Notes under the pieces: model-generated
What the model saw: the letters and a program-made list of their open reading frames with translations, nothing else
Databases searched by the model: none
What the model was told of the DNA's origin: nothing
Translations under genes and position numbers: made by a program
Source: an uncultured virus (IMG/VR IMGVR_UViG_3300025880_000013)
Taxonomy: Duplodnaviria; Heunggongvirae; Uroviricota; Caudoviricetes
Virus record (IMG/VR): IMGVR_UViG_3300025880_000013
Strand: one strand, 5' to 3'
DNA: 64,000 bases
Part shown: in pieces, positions 46,586-55,557 of the stretch
How the letters are laid out: each line of letters opens with the position of its first letter
Numbering within the stretch: position 1 is the first letter of the stretch

Positions 46586-48298
46586 ATGAAACACGTAAAA
46601 CTATTTGAACAATTTATAGCGGAGTCAGTTGACTTAGTACATGTCTATGATAAAGACGGCGAAATGTACGGCACCGGAGAATTGGTTAAAACTAAAGGTA
46701 AAAAATCACTAATTAGATGGGATGGTTCAAATGAAGAATGGATCGATTCAAATTTAGTTAAGATGGTAGAATCAGCAATCTCTGAAAAGAGAGAAGATGT
46801 TGGTAAATACAACACTGTTAAGAAAGCAATGAAGGCTATCAAAAAAGAATATGGACCAACACCTACCGTACAATCAGTTGCATCATTTATTAATGATAAC
46901 TATTATGATGTTACAGAAGTAGAACGCGGTGATGATGATCCAAGAGCAAACGATAAAATTGCAGATTTAATAGCAACGTACAAGTTTGATATTGAAGAAT
47001 GGGAAATTGCATGGGCTGATGCTCAGAATGAATCAGTAGTTACTGAGGCATTAGCACCTGGTTCTAAAATAGAAAAGAATTTAAACAAGGCGTTAAAGGC
47101 AAATATTAATATGTTTGGAGATAATGATGAAACTATTAAGGTTTTAGATACTCCAGTTAGAATCGAACGTAGTCAATACGATAAAGAAATGAATGGAAGA
47201 TCTAAGAATTTTGGAGCTTCTATTATGTATATGTATGGTTCTAGAACTAATGAGTATGACACGTCAGCCGTTATTGGTGTAATATCAAGAACGAAAGGAA
47301 CTGCTAAAGTATTTTTATATTCTGAAGAAACATATAATCAGTTTGCAAAGGGAGCTTCATTTAAAGAATATGAAGGAGCTAGTGTTTTAGAAGAATTTCA
47401 AAATAAAACAAGAGATATAGTTTCTCATTTATCTAAGTTTCCAGCTGATGGTTCAGCAAACGAATCAATAGTTACTGAGGCAAAACCAGCCGGTCTTTCT
47501 AAAAAAGAAACTCTTAAAGTTGCACAGAAATTTGCAGCTGCTCTTACAAAATTAGATGGTATGAAATATACTGTTAGTTCTGATTATGAAGAAGATTCAT
47601 TTGATTTAGATATTGAAGATCAAGACGATGTAGATCCTAGAACAACAGGAGAATATGCAGGTGGTTCATATAATATTAATGCTGATGGTTCAGTAGTTAA
47701 CATGGCAGTTTCGAATAAGAAAAACTCATCACCAGTTTATGGTAATATGGATGATGACATTAAAACTATCATAAAGACTATTAAAAACATAAAAGAATCA
47801 GTAGTTACTGAAAGCTTTAGAGTTGGTAAAGTACTTGCTATTAAAAAATACAATGTAAAAACAAACCGTAAAGAAGTAGTAGATGTTAGGGTGACTGATT
47901 ACATTAAAAAACCAGGTTCTAAGGATTTTGTAGAATACGATCTTAAAGGAAAGAAAAGAAAAGTTTCAGTTGATGTATTTAAATCAATGATCGCTGAAGA
48001 CGCGGTTAATGTTACACCGGAATCTGATGTTACTATTGATAACTATACAACAGACGGTAATGAGGAAATCTTATCAGTGGAAATTGTAGGAGCTATTGTA
48101 AGCTCTGAAAGTGAAGATGAATTCTTACAATACTTTTATGACACATACGGAGAAGGAGCATTTACTAAAGCAGACACTTCAACCTTAACTAAATACTACA
48201 ACGAATACGTTGAAGAAGTTACGGCAAAGGAAACTGAAGAGGAAGAAGAAGCTGAAAAGGCTGAAGGTGGAGATGATGAACTAGACATGGACATCTAA
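46586..48298 (+). CDS. Capsid-targeting-leader polyprotein between portal and protease (gp67/gp68 position)
   Basis: MKHVKLFEQFIAE leader; ESAISE, ESVVTEA, ESIVTEA, ESVVTES linkers; acidic C-terminus. Confidence 0.6.
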   Translation: MKHVKLFEQFIAESVDLVHVYDKDGEMYGTGELVKTKGKKSLIRWDGSNEEWIDSNLVKMVESAISEKREDVGKYNTVKKAMKAIKKEYGPTPTVQSVASFINDNYYDVTEVERGDDDPRANDKIADLIATYKFDIEEWEIAWADAQNESVVTEALAPGSKIEKNLNKALKANINMFGDNDETIKVLDTPVRIERSQYDKEMNGRSKNFGASIMYMYGSRTNEYDTSAVIGVISRTKGTAKVFLYSEETYNQFAKGASFKEYEGASVLEEFQNKTRDIVSHLSKFPADGSANESIVTEAKPAGLSKKETLKVAQKFAAALTKLDGMKYTVSSDYEEDSFDLDIEDQDDVDPRTTGEYAGGSYNINADGSVVNMAVSNKKNSSPVYGNMDDDIKTIIKTIKNIKESVVTESFRVGKVLAIKKYNVKTNRKEVVDVRVTDYIKKPGSKDFVEYDLKGKKRKVSVDVFKSMIAEDAVNVTPESDVTIDNYTTDGNEEILSVEIVGAIVSSESEDEFLQYFYDTYGEGAFTKADTSTLTKYYNEYVEEVTAKETEEEEEAEKAEGGDDELDMDI

Positions 48299-48359
48299 AA
48301 AAATTAAAAATCAATCTTTTTAATAAAGATATATAATTCAAATATAATAAAATAATAAA

Positions 48360-50324
48360 ATGATCAATAAAGACTTATTAATCTTAGAGAGGTCCTCATC
48401 GAGTTTAGATTTCAAAACCGATAATGGAGTTTATGTGTTAGAAGGTATCTTCGGCGAGTTAGATAAAAAGAACAAAAACAATCGAATCTATACTGCAGAA
48501 GAATATGTACCACAGATTGAATCTCTACAGGACAAAATTAAATCTTCAAAATTATTAGGTGAATTAGATCATCCAAGTAATTTCGATGTATCTTTAAAGA
48601 ACGTATCTCACGTTATTGAAGAATTAACGTATGATGAGGAAAACAAACAAATTAAAGGACGTATCCGTTTATTAGATACTGACGCTGGTCGCCAGGCTAA
48701 AGCACTAGTTGATGCTGGTGTTCCTTTACAAATCTCTTCTAGAGCTGCAGGTGCAGTTGAAGAAAATGGACAAGTAAAAATCAAACAATTATTTACGTAT
48801 GATTTAGTAGCTGATCCTGGATTTGCTAACGCAGAATTAACAAGAGTTAACGAATCTTACGGATTTGCTAACGACTCTGATATTTTAATTTATGAAATCG
48901 GAGTATCAAATATAAATGAAACAAAAATAGAAAATAAAGAAACAGAAACAATGGCAGAATCTAAATTTATCACTGTTGAAGACTTTAATAAATATTCAAA
49001 ATATCTTTCTGAAGAAATTAAGTCTATTAAAGGATCTTTAACAGAGGCACAAGAAAACAACAATGAGACTGAAATTTCAGAATTAAAAGAATATGCTACT
49101 TATTTAGCAGAAAAATTAGACCAGTCTATTCAATACTCTGAACATGTTGCAGAGAAAACAGATCAATCAATCCAATACTCTGAAGAGTTAGCGGAAAAAT
49201 TAGATCAATCAATCCAATATTCTGAGCATATTGCTGAAGGTGTTGATTCTATTAAAGAATACACAAACTACTTAGCAGAGTCTTATAATGAAGGAGCAAC
49301 AACTCACGAAAACTTATTAGAATATATTGACTACTTAAAAACTAATTTAGAAAAAGTTACAGAATATGCAGAGTACGTTGCTGAAACTGTAAACTCTAAC
49401 TTAATCGTTGAAACTGAAGGCGAAGAAGCTGGTAAGGAAGTTGAAGAAATTGAAGACGAGCAAGATAATAAAGACGTTACTGAACCAACAGTAGATGCTG
49501 ATGGAGAAGAAGTAGAAGGAGAAGTTGAAGACGTTGAAGCTGATTTAGACCTAGAAGGTGAAGGAGAAGCTGAAGGTGAAGAAATTGAAGAAGCTGCTGA
49601 AGAAGCTGCTGAAGAAGCTGAAGGTGAAGAAATTGAAGAAGCTGCTGAAGAAGCTGGATTACCTGCTGAAGAATTAGAAGATGAAACTGAAGTAGTAGAT
49701 ACTGATGTTGAAGCTCCAGAAAACGTTGAAGCTGATTTAGACCTAGAAGGTGAAGGAGAAGCTGAAGGTGAAGAAATTGAAGAAGCAGTAGATCAATTAG
49801 ACGCTTATAAAAACTCAATCACTGAGAAATTACAAGCATTAATAAACAAATCTGAAGAGAAAAAGACAAACAATCCACAGTTCTTTAAATTTGTATCTGA
49901 ATCAACTCAATCTGAATTTAACGCTTTACCAACTGAAGATAAATCTAAAGTATTAGAAGCTGTTGAAGGAAGAGGTTATTTAACTGAAGGACAAATCTTA
50001 GGATTATGGAAAAACTCTTTATTAACTGCAACTGCTAAAACTGAGGCAAATGTTATTTCAATGATGCCAACAGAATATAAAGAAACTTACTCTAAATTAT
50101 CAGAAGCTAAGAAAGCACAGATATTAGCACAGTCTAAATATCATGTATTAGAAACTTCTTACCAAGTTGCAAATTTCTGGCAAACTAGAGACTTAAGAGA
50201 TACTGCAGTAGTATTAGAAAAAGTTGAAATGGTTAAAGAATCTAAGAATGTTGAAGCTAAATCAACAATCGGATACGATACAACTGATATTGCAGCACAG
50301 ATTGCAAATAGATTTAAAAAATAA
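48360..50324 (+). CDS. gp21: Prohead protease (gp21-like) fused to scaffold/core protein (gp22-like)
   Basis: LEGIF, N.NNRIY, GELDHP, VSH, ISSRAAG, DLVADP; then an acidic coiled-coil region with a probable internal start at 48951. Confidence 0.88.
   Translation: MINKDLLILERSSSSLDFKTDNGVYVLEGIFGELDKKNKNNRIYTAEEYVPQIESLQDKIKSSKLLGELDHPSNFDVSLKNVSHVIEELTYDEENKQIKGRIRLLDTDAGRQAKALVDAGVPLQISSRAAGAVEENGQVKIKQLFTYDLVADPGFANAELTRVNESYGFANDSDILIYEIGVSNINETKIENKETETMAESKFITVEDFNKYSKYLSEEIKSIKGSLTEAQENNNETEISELKEYATYLAEKLDQSIQYSEHVAEKTDQSIQYSEELAEKLDQSIQYSEHIAEGVDSIKEYTNYLAESYNEGATTHENLLEYIDYLKTNLEKVTEYAEYVAETVNSNLIVETEGEEAGKEVEEIEDEQDNKDVTEPTVDADGEEVEGEVEDVEADLDLEGEGEAEGEEIEEAAEEAAEEAEGEEIEEAAEEAGLPAEELEDETEVVDTDVEAPENVEADLDLEGEGEAEGEEIEEAVDQLDAYKNSITEKLQALINKSEEKKTNNPQFFKFVSESTQSEFNALPTEDKSKVLEAVEGRGYLTEGQILGLWKNSLLTATAKTEANVISMMPTEYKETYSKLSEAKKAQILAQSKYHVLETSYQVANFWQTRDLRDTAVVLEKVEMVKESKNVEAKSTIGYDTTDIAAQIANRFKK
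49531..49786 (+). repeat. 64-bp intragenic direct repeat (49531-49594 and 49723-49786) in the Glu-rich scaffold
   Basis: Both copies encode VEADLDLEGEGEAEGEEIEEA; shorter EEAA repeats lie between them. Confidence 0.85.
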
Positions 50325-50348
50325 GCACGGATAAATCTAAGATATATT

Positions 50349-50389
50349 ATATAAGAGGTTGGTTAAGAGCCCCCTCTTATATTTTTTTT
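50349..50389 (+). terminator. Intrinsic terminator
   Basis: ATATAAGAGG...CCTCTTATAT stem followed by a T tract. Confidence 0.7.
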
Positions 50390-50429
50390 AGAAAAAAATA
50401 AAAAAATCATTTTTCTCTAAAATAATACT

Positions 50430-50437
50430 GATATATA
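50430..50437 (+). promoter_or_regulatory. Late promoter motif GATATATA (representative copy, upstream of major capsid)
   Basis: Same octamer at 4942, 6232, 10568, 13760, 20235, 41789, 42603, 46574, 48328, 52007 and 62818, nearly always just upstream of structural genes. Confidence 0.65.
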
Positions 50438-50542
50438 ATAATATAAAAATACAATCGATTATTAGTTAAGAAGCAAAAGACTAAAAAAGAATCGAAATAA
50501 TAAACAACAATAAAAACCATTAAAAAAAATATAAATAATAAA

Positions 50543-51934
50543 ATGGCAAATTTAATTAACGAATCTGAAGTAAGATCAACATGGTCACCGATCATCGAAT
50601 CTGCAACAGGTATCAACGATGCTAACAAATTAGCATGGATGTCGACTTACTGTCACAACCACAAACTTTATGAAGATGCAAACATCATGTCTTTAGATCC
50701 AACTATGAACTTAGCTGGTATGGGAAAAACTTCTTTTCCATCTGCAGGTGAAAACGGTTCAGGAGACAAAGCTCCTTCTTTATTACCTTTAGCAATGCAA
50801 GTTGCTGCACAAACTGTAGGTTTAGACTTAGTACCAGTAATTCCAATGGCTGGACCAATGGGATTATTATCTTACTTAGACTTTACTTATGAAGGTGGTA
50901 GATTAGACAACACAGTTGCACCAACATATGTTAAAACTAACTTAGTACCAGTTGTACCAACTGACGTTGTTCAAGAAGGTACTTCAAGAATTGATGGTAA
51001 AGCTATCTACAAAATCGCAAGAGAATTAGTTGCTGGTGAAACAGTTGCTGATTTATTTACTCCTGCTGCTAATGAAACTATTGAATTAGTTAAAGCATTA
51101 GAAGATCACATTAAAGGATTCTCTGCATCTAATGCAGCTGGAGCTCCTTATTCAAGAGAAGCTGGTGAATCTACACCAGACAAAGTAATGGGATTATCTT
51201 TATTCTCTAAATCAGTTTCAGCTAAGACTTACCAAGTTGCTGCTGCTGTAACAAGAGAGCAGGTTCAAGATTTAAAACAATTCGGTGTAGATGCTGTTGC
51301 TCAAGTTGAGTCAGTATTAACTAACGAATTAACTCAATCTATCAACCAACACATCTTAGGTTCAATCAGAGAATTAGGTTCAGATAACGTAACTGCTTTC
51401 GGATCATCTTTCGACATTACATTACCTGCAGCTTCTGCATTACAAGGAGGAGATACTGTTGCTTCTGCACACAGACAAATCTTAACTCAAGTTTTAGCAG
51501 CTGCTAACTTAATCGCGAACAGAGGACGTAGAGGAGCAGGAAACTTTGCAGTAGTTGGAGCACAAGTTGCTACAGTATTACAATCAGTTTCTGGTTTCGT
51601 TGCAAACCCAATGGCTAACACTATTTCTCAATCGGCTGGAGCAATCTACCCATTAGGATCTGTTGCTGGAATCAATGTTTACACTGATCCAACATTAGCA
51701 TGGGACGATATGAACATCTCAGTAGGAAGAAAAGGAGACGGAAACGGTCCTGGATTAGTATTCATGCCTTACTTAATGGCTGAATCAGTACAAACAATCG
51801 CTGAAGGAACTATGGCTCCTAAGATTGCTGTTAAATCTAGATTCGCTTTAGTTGAAGCTGGATTCCACGCTGAAACTCAGTACGTTACTTTCGAAGTAAA
51901 AGGTGCATGGGCTAACTTAGTTAACTTAGTATAA
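50543..51934 (+). CDS. gp23: Major capsid protein (T4 gp23-like)
   Basis: W.PI.E, V.PM.GP.G, QDLK..G.DA, L..E....IN, RRGAGNF, GL.FMPY, P.I..KSR. Confidence 0.92.
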   Translation: MANLINESEVRSTWSPIIESATGINDANKLAWMSTYCHNHKLYEDANIMSLDPTMNLAGMGKTSFPSAGENGSGDKAPSLLPLAMQVAAQTVGLDLVPVIPMAGPMGLLSYLDFTYEGGRLDNTVAPTYVKTNLVPVVPTDVVQEGTSRIDGKAIYKIARELVAGETVADLFTPAANETIELVKALEDHIKGFSASNAAGAPYSREAGESTPDKVMGLSLFSKSVSAKTYQVAAAVTREQVQDLKQFGVDAVAQVESVLTNELTQSINQHILGSIRELGSDNVTAFGSSFDITLPAASALQGGDTVASAHRQILTQVLAAANLIANRGRRGAGNFAVVGAQVATVLQSVSGFVANPMANTISQSAGAIYPLGSVAGINVYTDPTLAWDDMNISVGRKGDGNGPGLVFMPYLMAESVQTIAEGTMAPKIAVKSRFALVEAGFHAETQYVTFEVKGAWANLVNLV

Positions 51935-51971
51935 TTCTAAATTAATTGGTTTAATACCACTATATTTTAAG

Positions 51972-52004
51972 AAAGGGTAGCATTAATTTGTTACCCTTTT
52001 TTTT
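51972..52004 (+). terminator. Intrinsic terminator after the major capsid gene
   Basis: AAAGGGTAGCA-TTAATT-TGTTACCCTTT followed by a T tract. Confidence 0.85.
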
Positions 52005-52047
52005 GTGATATATAGATTATATTAAAATAATAAAAACAAAGAATATT

Positions 52048-53196
52048 ATGATCAATAATTTTGAAAAGTGGTTTAACATGACCAATGAAAATCTTTTAAA
52101 AGAAGAAGTTGCTGAAACACCAACAGCACCCACACATACACCGACAGAAACTCAAGCACCTACATCTACAGAAACATCTGGTAGAAAAGGAATGATGCAC
52201 GATGTTGACGCAATTATGACATCATTAGATGCATTAGCAGTTGAATTAACTGAAGAACTAGAAGCAGTTGAATCAGATTTAGCAATGAATGAAGCTGACG
52301 CAGCAGATGTTATTAAACAATGGTTTATTAGTATGAAAGCCGCTAAAGCACAACAGAAAGTTAATAAAATTAAAATGAATGCAGCAGATCTTGAATTTGC
52401 CGCAGATCAAGCAGATGGCGACAAGGCAAAGGCAATTCAAGCTAAATTACCAAAAGTACAAAATCAAGCAAAAGAACTACAAGGAATGGTCGATGATAAA
52501 TACGGTAGCAAAGGAGCTATTGTAAGTGCTAGAATTTCTAAAGAAAAAATTAAAGGACAACTAGAGGTCATTAAAAGAACTACGGGTATGGAAGATGATC
52601 CAAAGAAAAAGTCGGATCTTAAGACTAAAATGAAAGAATTAGTTCAGAAGGCGAAGGAAGAAGAGCAAGCGATCGCAGACTTTGAAGATAAAAACGCTGA
52701 ACAGATTGCAAAAGAAAAAGAAAAATTAGCAGCCAAACAACAGGCCGATAAAGATAAAAAAGACGGTAAGACACCTGAAGGCGAGACCAACACAGATGGC
52801 AACACCAACACTGATGACGATACCAACACTGATGGCAACACCAATACTGATGACGATACCAACACTGATGGCAACACCAACACTGATGACGATACCAACA
52901 CTGATGGCAACACCAACACTGATGGCAACACCAATACTGATGACGATACCAACACTGATGACGATGAAGATGATAAAACAGGGACTAAAGAAGCACTAGT
53001 TATTAGAGCTAATGCATCTGGTTTAAACGAATTAGCTTCAGAAATTGAATCTAAATCAGATTGGCAAGTTTCTGAAGGAACTGTATTAAGATCTAATTAC
53101 GAAGCGATCATTAAGAAAGCAGAGTCTGATCAAATCTTAAACGAATCTAAACACCAAGTAAACTCAGTAAAAGATGCTTTTAGAAGATTAATGTAA
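52048..53196 (+). CDS. Late coiled-coil protein with Thr/Asn/Asp tandem repeat (probable head protein)
   Basis: GATATATA upstream; MINNFEKWF..TNE leader-like start; LTEE, MNEA, LNES sites. Confidence 0.55.
   Translation: MINNFEKWFNMTNENLLKEEVAETPTAPTHTPTETQAPTSTETSGRKGMMHDVDAIMTSLDALAVELTEELEAVESDLAMNEADAADVIKQWFISMKAAKAQQKVNKIKMNAADLEFAADQADGDKAKAIQAKLPKVQNQAKELQGMVDDKYGSKGAIVSARISKEKIKGQLEVIKRTTGMEDDPKKKSDLKTKMKELVQKAKEEEQAIADFEDKNAEQIAKEKEKLAAKQQADKDKKDGKTPEGETNTDGNTNTDDDTNTDGNTNTDDDTNTDGNTNTDDDTNTDGNTNTDGNTNTDDDTNTDDDEDDKTGTKEALVIRANASGLNELASEIESKSDWQVSEGTVLRSNYEAIIKKAESDQILNESKHQVNSVKDAFRRLM
52786..52965 (+). repeat. In-frame 18-bp tandem repeat, 10 units
   Basis: Two unit types, ACCAACACTGATGGCAAC (TNTDGN) and ACCAACACTGATGACGAT (TNTDDD). 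Confidence 0.9.
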
Positions 53197-53694
53197 TTAT
53201 CTTTTAGAATTTTTACGAGCAAGTTTTAAGAACTCCTTCTGTTGATTCAGTAGGAGTTTTTTTACGTGTTTTTGAAAGCGAACTGAAGATTCCCAAATTC
53301 TAGAATCTACACTACCACTTAAAGTGTCCCAATATTCAGGATGTACGAAGTTCTCAGCGCTAAAGTTATTTATATTAGATCGAATATCCCTATCACTCAA
53401 GGCACATTTCCAATCTATTGTATCATAACTTTCTTTTAACTCATCTATCTTCACAAGCTCGTTAGTTGACCAATCATAGTATAACTTCTCAAATCGATCA
53501 GCATGTCGGTATCTACATAACTCAAATATAATCTGTAAGAACTGATCATCCTGAGCACGGTCCTTGATAATAGGATGCTCTAATAATAATCTACGCTGTT
53601 GTTTTGAGATAGAGTCGTAGCGGATCCCGTATCTATTTCTAGGGTATGGCCCACCGGTTCTCTTTATATTAGGGTATTTCTTATTATATGCCAT
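53197..53694 (-). CDS. Hypothetical protein (165 aa), the only convincing minus-strand gene
   Basis: Fills a 500-bp gap with no + strand ORF; GATAAATA late-type motif on the minus strand just upstream (53701-53708). Confidence 0.65.
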   Translation of the reverse strand: MAYNKKYPNIKRTGGPYPRNRYGIRYDSISKQQRRLLLEHPIIKDRAQDDQFLQIIFELCRYRHADRFEKLYYDWSTNELVKIDELKESYDTIDWKCALSDRDIRSNINNFSAENFVHPEYWDTLSGSVDSRIWESSVRFQKHVKKLLLNQQKEFLKLARKNSKR

Positions 53695-53709
53695 ATACTA
53701 TATTTATCT

Positions 53710-53736
53710 GAAACATTTCACAATACCTTCGTATAA
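53710..53736 (+). promoter_or_regulatory. GAAAC-N17-TATAA promoter
   Basis: Exact spacing; precedes the clamp loader. Confidence 0.65.
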
Positions 53737-53756
53737 TATACCTAAACATATATCAA

Positions 53757-54707
53757 ATGATTCACGCATTATTTACAGAAAAATACAGACCTAAGAATCT
53801 ACAAGACTTAATCTTACCAGAAAGAGTAATGTCAAAGTTTAAAGACGGTCTATCACAAAACATTTTACTAGCAGGAAGCCCTGGAACCGGAAAGACTTCA
53901 ACTGCGAAGGCAATTGTTCAACAGTTTGATTTACCATATCTATACATTAACGCCTCGACAGATACGTCAGTTGATGTTATTCGTACTAGAATTACAGATT
54001 TCTGTTCAACTATGTCGATCTTAGATGATCGCGATAAATTTAAAGTAGTTATATTAGATGAGGTTGATGGTGTATCAGATCAATTCTTTAAAGCCCTACG
54101 TGCGACTATGGAAACATTCGCAAGTAACTCACGTTTTATTGCAACATGTAATTACATTAATAAATTACCAGATCCAATTCTTTCTCGTTTTGAAGTTATT
54201 AATTTTGACTTTGATAAAGAAGAAGAGAGTGAATTGACAAAGAAGTATATTCGCAGAGTATATGATATTTGTGGAAAAGAAGGAATGACAATTGAAAAAC
54301 CAGCACTTGTGGAATTTGTGAAGAGAAACTTCCCAGATTTAAGATCTACATTAAATAAATTACAAGGCTTTAAAACACAAGGCACAACTTCAATTAATGT
54401 CGACGATGTTAAAAAATTTAACTCAGTTTATAAAGATGTATTTGAATTAATATTTAATGAAACAGATCCAGTTAAAAACTATCAATATCTAGTTGGAGAA
54501 TATTCTAATCGAGTTGACGATGTTTTACAAACACTAGGAGATGAATTTATTCAATACATTCAATCTGAAAAACAATCAGCAACCCGATTCATTCCACAGA
54601 TTGCAGTTACTGTGGCCGAACATCAAGCTCAGCGTAATTTAGTAATCGACCAAGTTATCACTCTTTTAAGTTGTGTATATAAATTACAAGAAATAGTTCG
54701 ACAATAA
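53757..54707 (+). CDS. gp44: Clamp loader AAA+ subunit (T4 gp44 / RFC-like)
   Basis: EKYRP, GSPGTGKTS, INAS, LDEVD, TCN, SRF, FPDLR. Confidence 0.92.
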   Translation: MIHALFTEKYRPKNLQDLILPERVMSKFKDGLSQNILLAGSPGTGKTSTAKAIVQQFDLPYLYINASTDTSVDVIRTRITDFCSTMSILDDRDKFKVVILDEVDGVSDQFFKALRATMETFASNSRFIATCNYINKLPDPILSRFEVINFDFDKEEESELTKKYIRRVYDICGKEGMTIEKPALVEFVKRNFPDLRSTLNKLQGFKTQGTTSINVDDVKKFNSVYKDVFELIFNETDPVKNYQYLVGEYSNRVDDVLQTLGDEFIQYIQSEKQSATRFIPQIAVTVAEHQAQRNLVIDQVITLLSCVYKLQEIVRQ

Positions 54708-55486
54708 TGAAGAAAAAGGCAGCCATATTATGTCCTATTAAAAACGAGGAAATTTACATTAAAAAGTTTTTTGAATATTATCAAAAACATTTTGACGTTA
54801 ATGACATCTATGTTTTAGATTTTGGATCATCTGCCGAATACATTAAAGATGTTATTGGTGAAAACGCAACTGTAATTAAAACAGACGCTAATATTTTAGA
54901 CGCAATTGAGCTCTTTGAAGCTATAAGGAGTGCCCAATCAGATTTATATAAAGAATATGAGTATGTGCTTCCAGTAGATGTTGACGAGATTATATACTAT
55001 AATGCCGAAGGAGGATTAAAAAAATATCTACAAGAAACAGACGTTGAATTAGTAACATGTAGAGGCCATGAGGTAATACACCTTCCTTTTTTACAAGATC
55101 CTATTGATCCTTCTAAAAAATGGATGAATCAGATCGAATATTGGTACCCTAATCACTTTCATTATGGCAAAACATTAATATCTAAAAAAGAACTAGAATG
55201 GGAAACTGGATTCCATACATATTCCGGAGAAACAATAGATATTAGGGATAAAAATATAGATCATAACTTATTTTTAATCCATTTACATCGCCATGATTTT
55301 GAAACAACAATGTCAAGGCATATAAAATGGTCAGGTATGGAATGGTCTGAGTTTACTTTAAAAAATAAATTAAATTATCATTACACAGAAAAATCAAAAG
55401 AAAAATTAATAGATTGGTATTATAAACCACTATCTTCGAAATTATACACATTTCCAGAAGTTTTAAAAAAAAATATTGACATTTAA
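54707..55486 (+). CDS. Glycosyltransferase family 2-like protein
   Basis: KNEE.YI..FFEYY, LDFGS, DxDE (DVDE), K...GFH, LIHLH. Confidence 0.7.
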   Translation: MKKKAAILCPIKNEEIYIKKFFEYYQKHFDVNDIYVLDFGSSAEYIKDVIGENATVIKTDANILDAIELFEAIRSAQSDLYKEYEYVLPVDVDEIIYYNAEGGLKKYLQETDVELVTCRGHEVIHLPFLQDPIDPSKKWMNQIEYWYPNHFHYGKTLISKKELEWETGFHTYSGETIDIRDKNIDHNLFLIHLHRHDFETTMSRHIKWSGMEWSEFTLKNKLNYHYTEKSKEKLIDWYYKPLSSKLYTFPEVLKKNIDI

Positions 55487-55496
55487 TTACTTTAAA

Positions 55497-55538
55497 TTTT
55501 TTTATGTCGCAAAAAAGTGTTATATTTACTTATAACAA
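55497..55538 (+). promoter_or_regulatory. Early/host-sigma-type promoter element
   Basis: TTTTTTTATGTCGC-N9-TTATATTTAC.TATAACAA, same architecture as 13231-13270. Confidence 0.55.
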
Positions 55539-55557
55539 AAAATAAAAACACAAAGAT

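Noticed and set aside
52786..52965. Possible CRISPR array
   Set aside because: Units are contiguous 18-mers with no unique spacers and lie in frame within a CDS.
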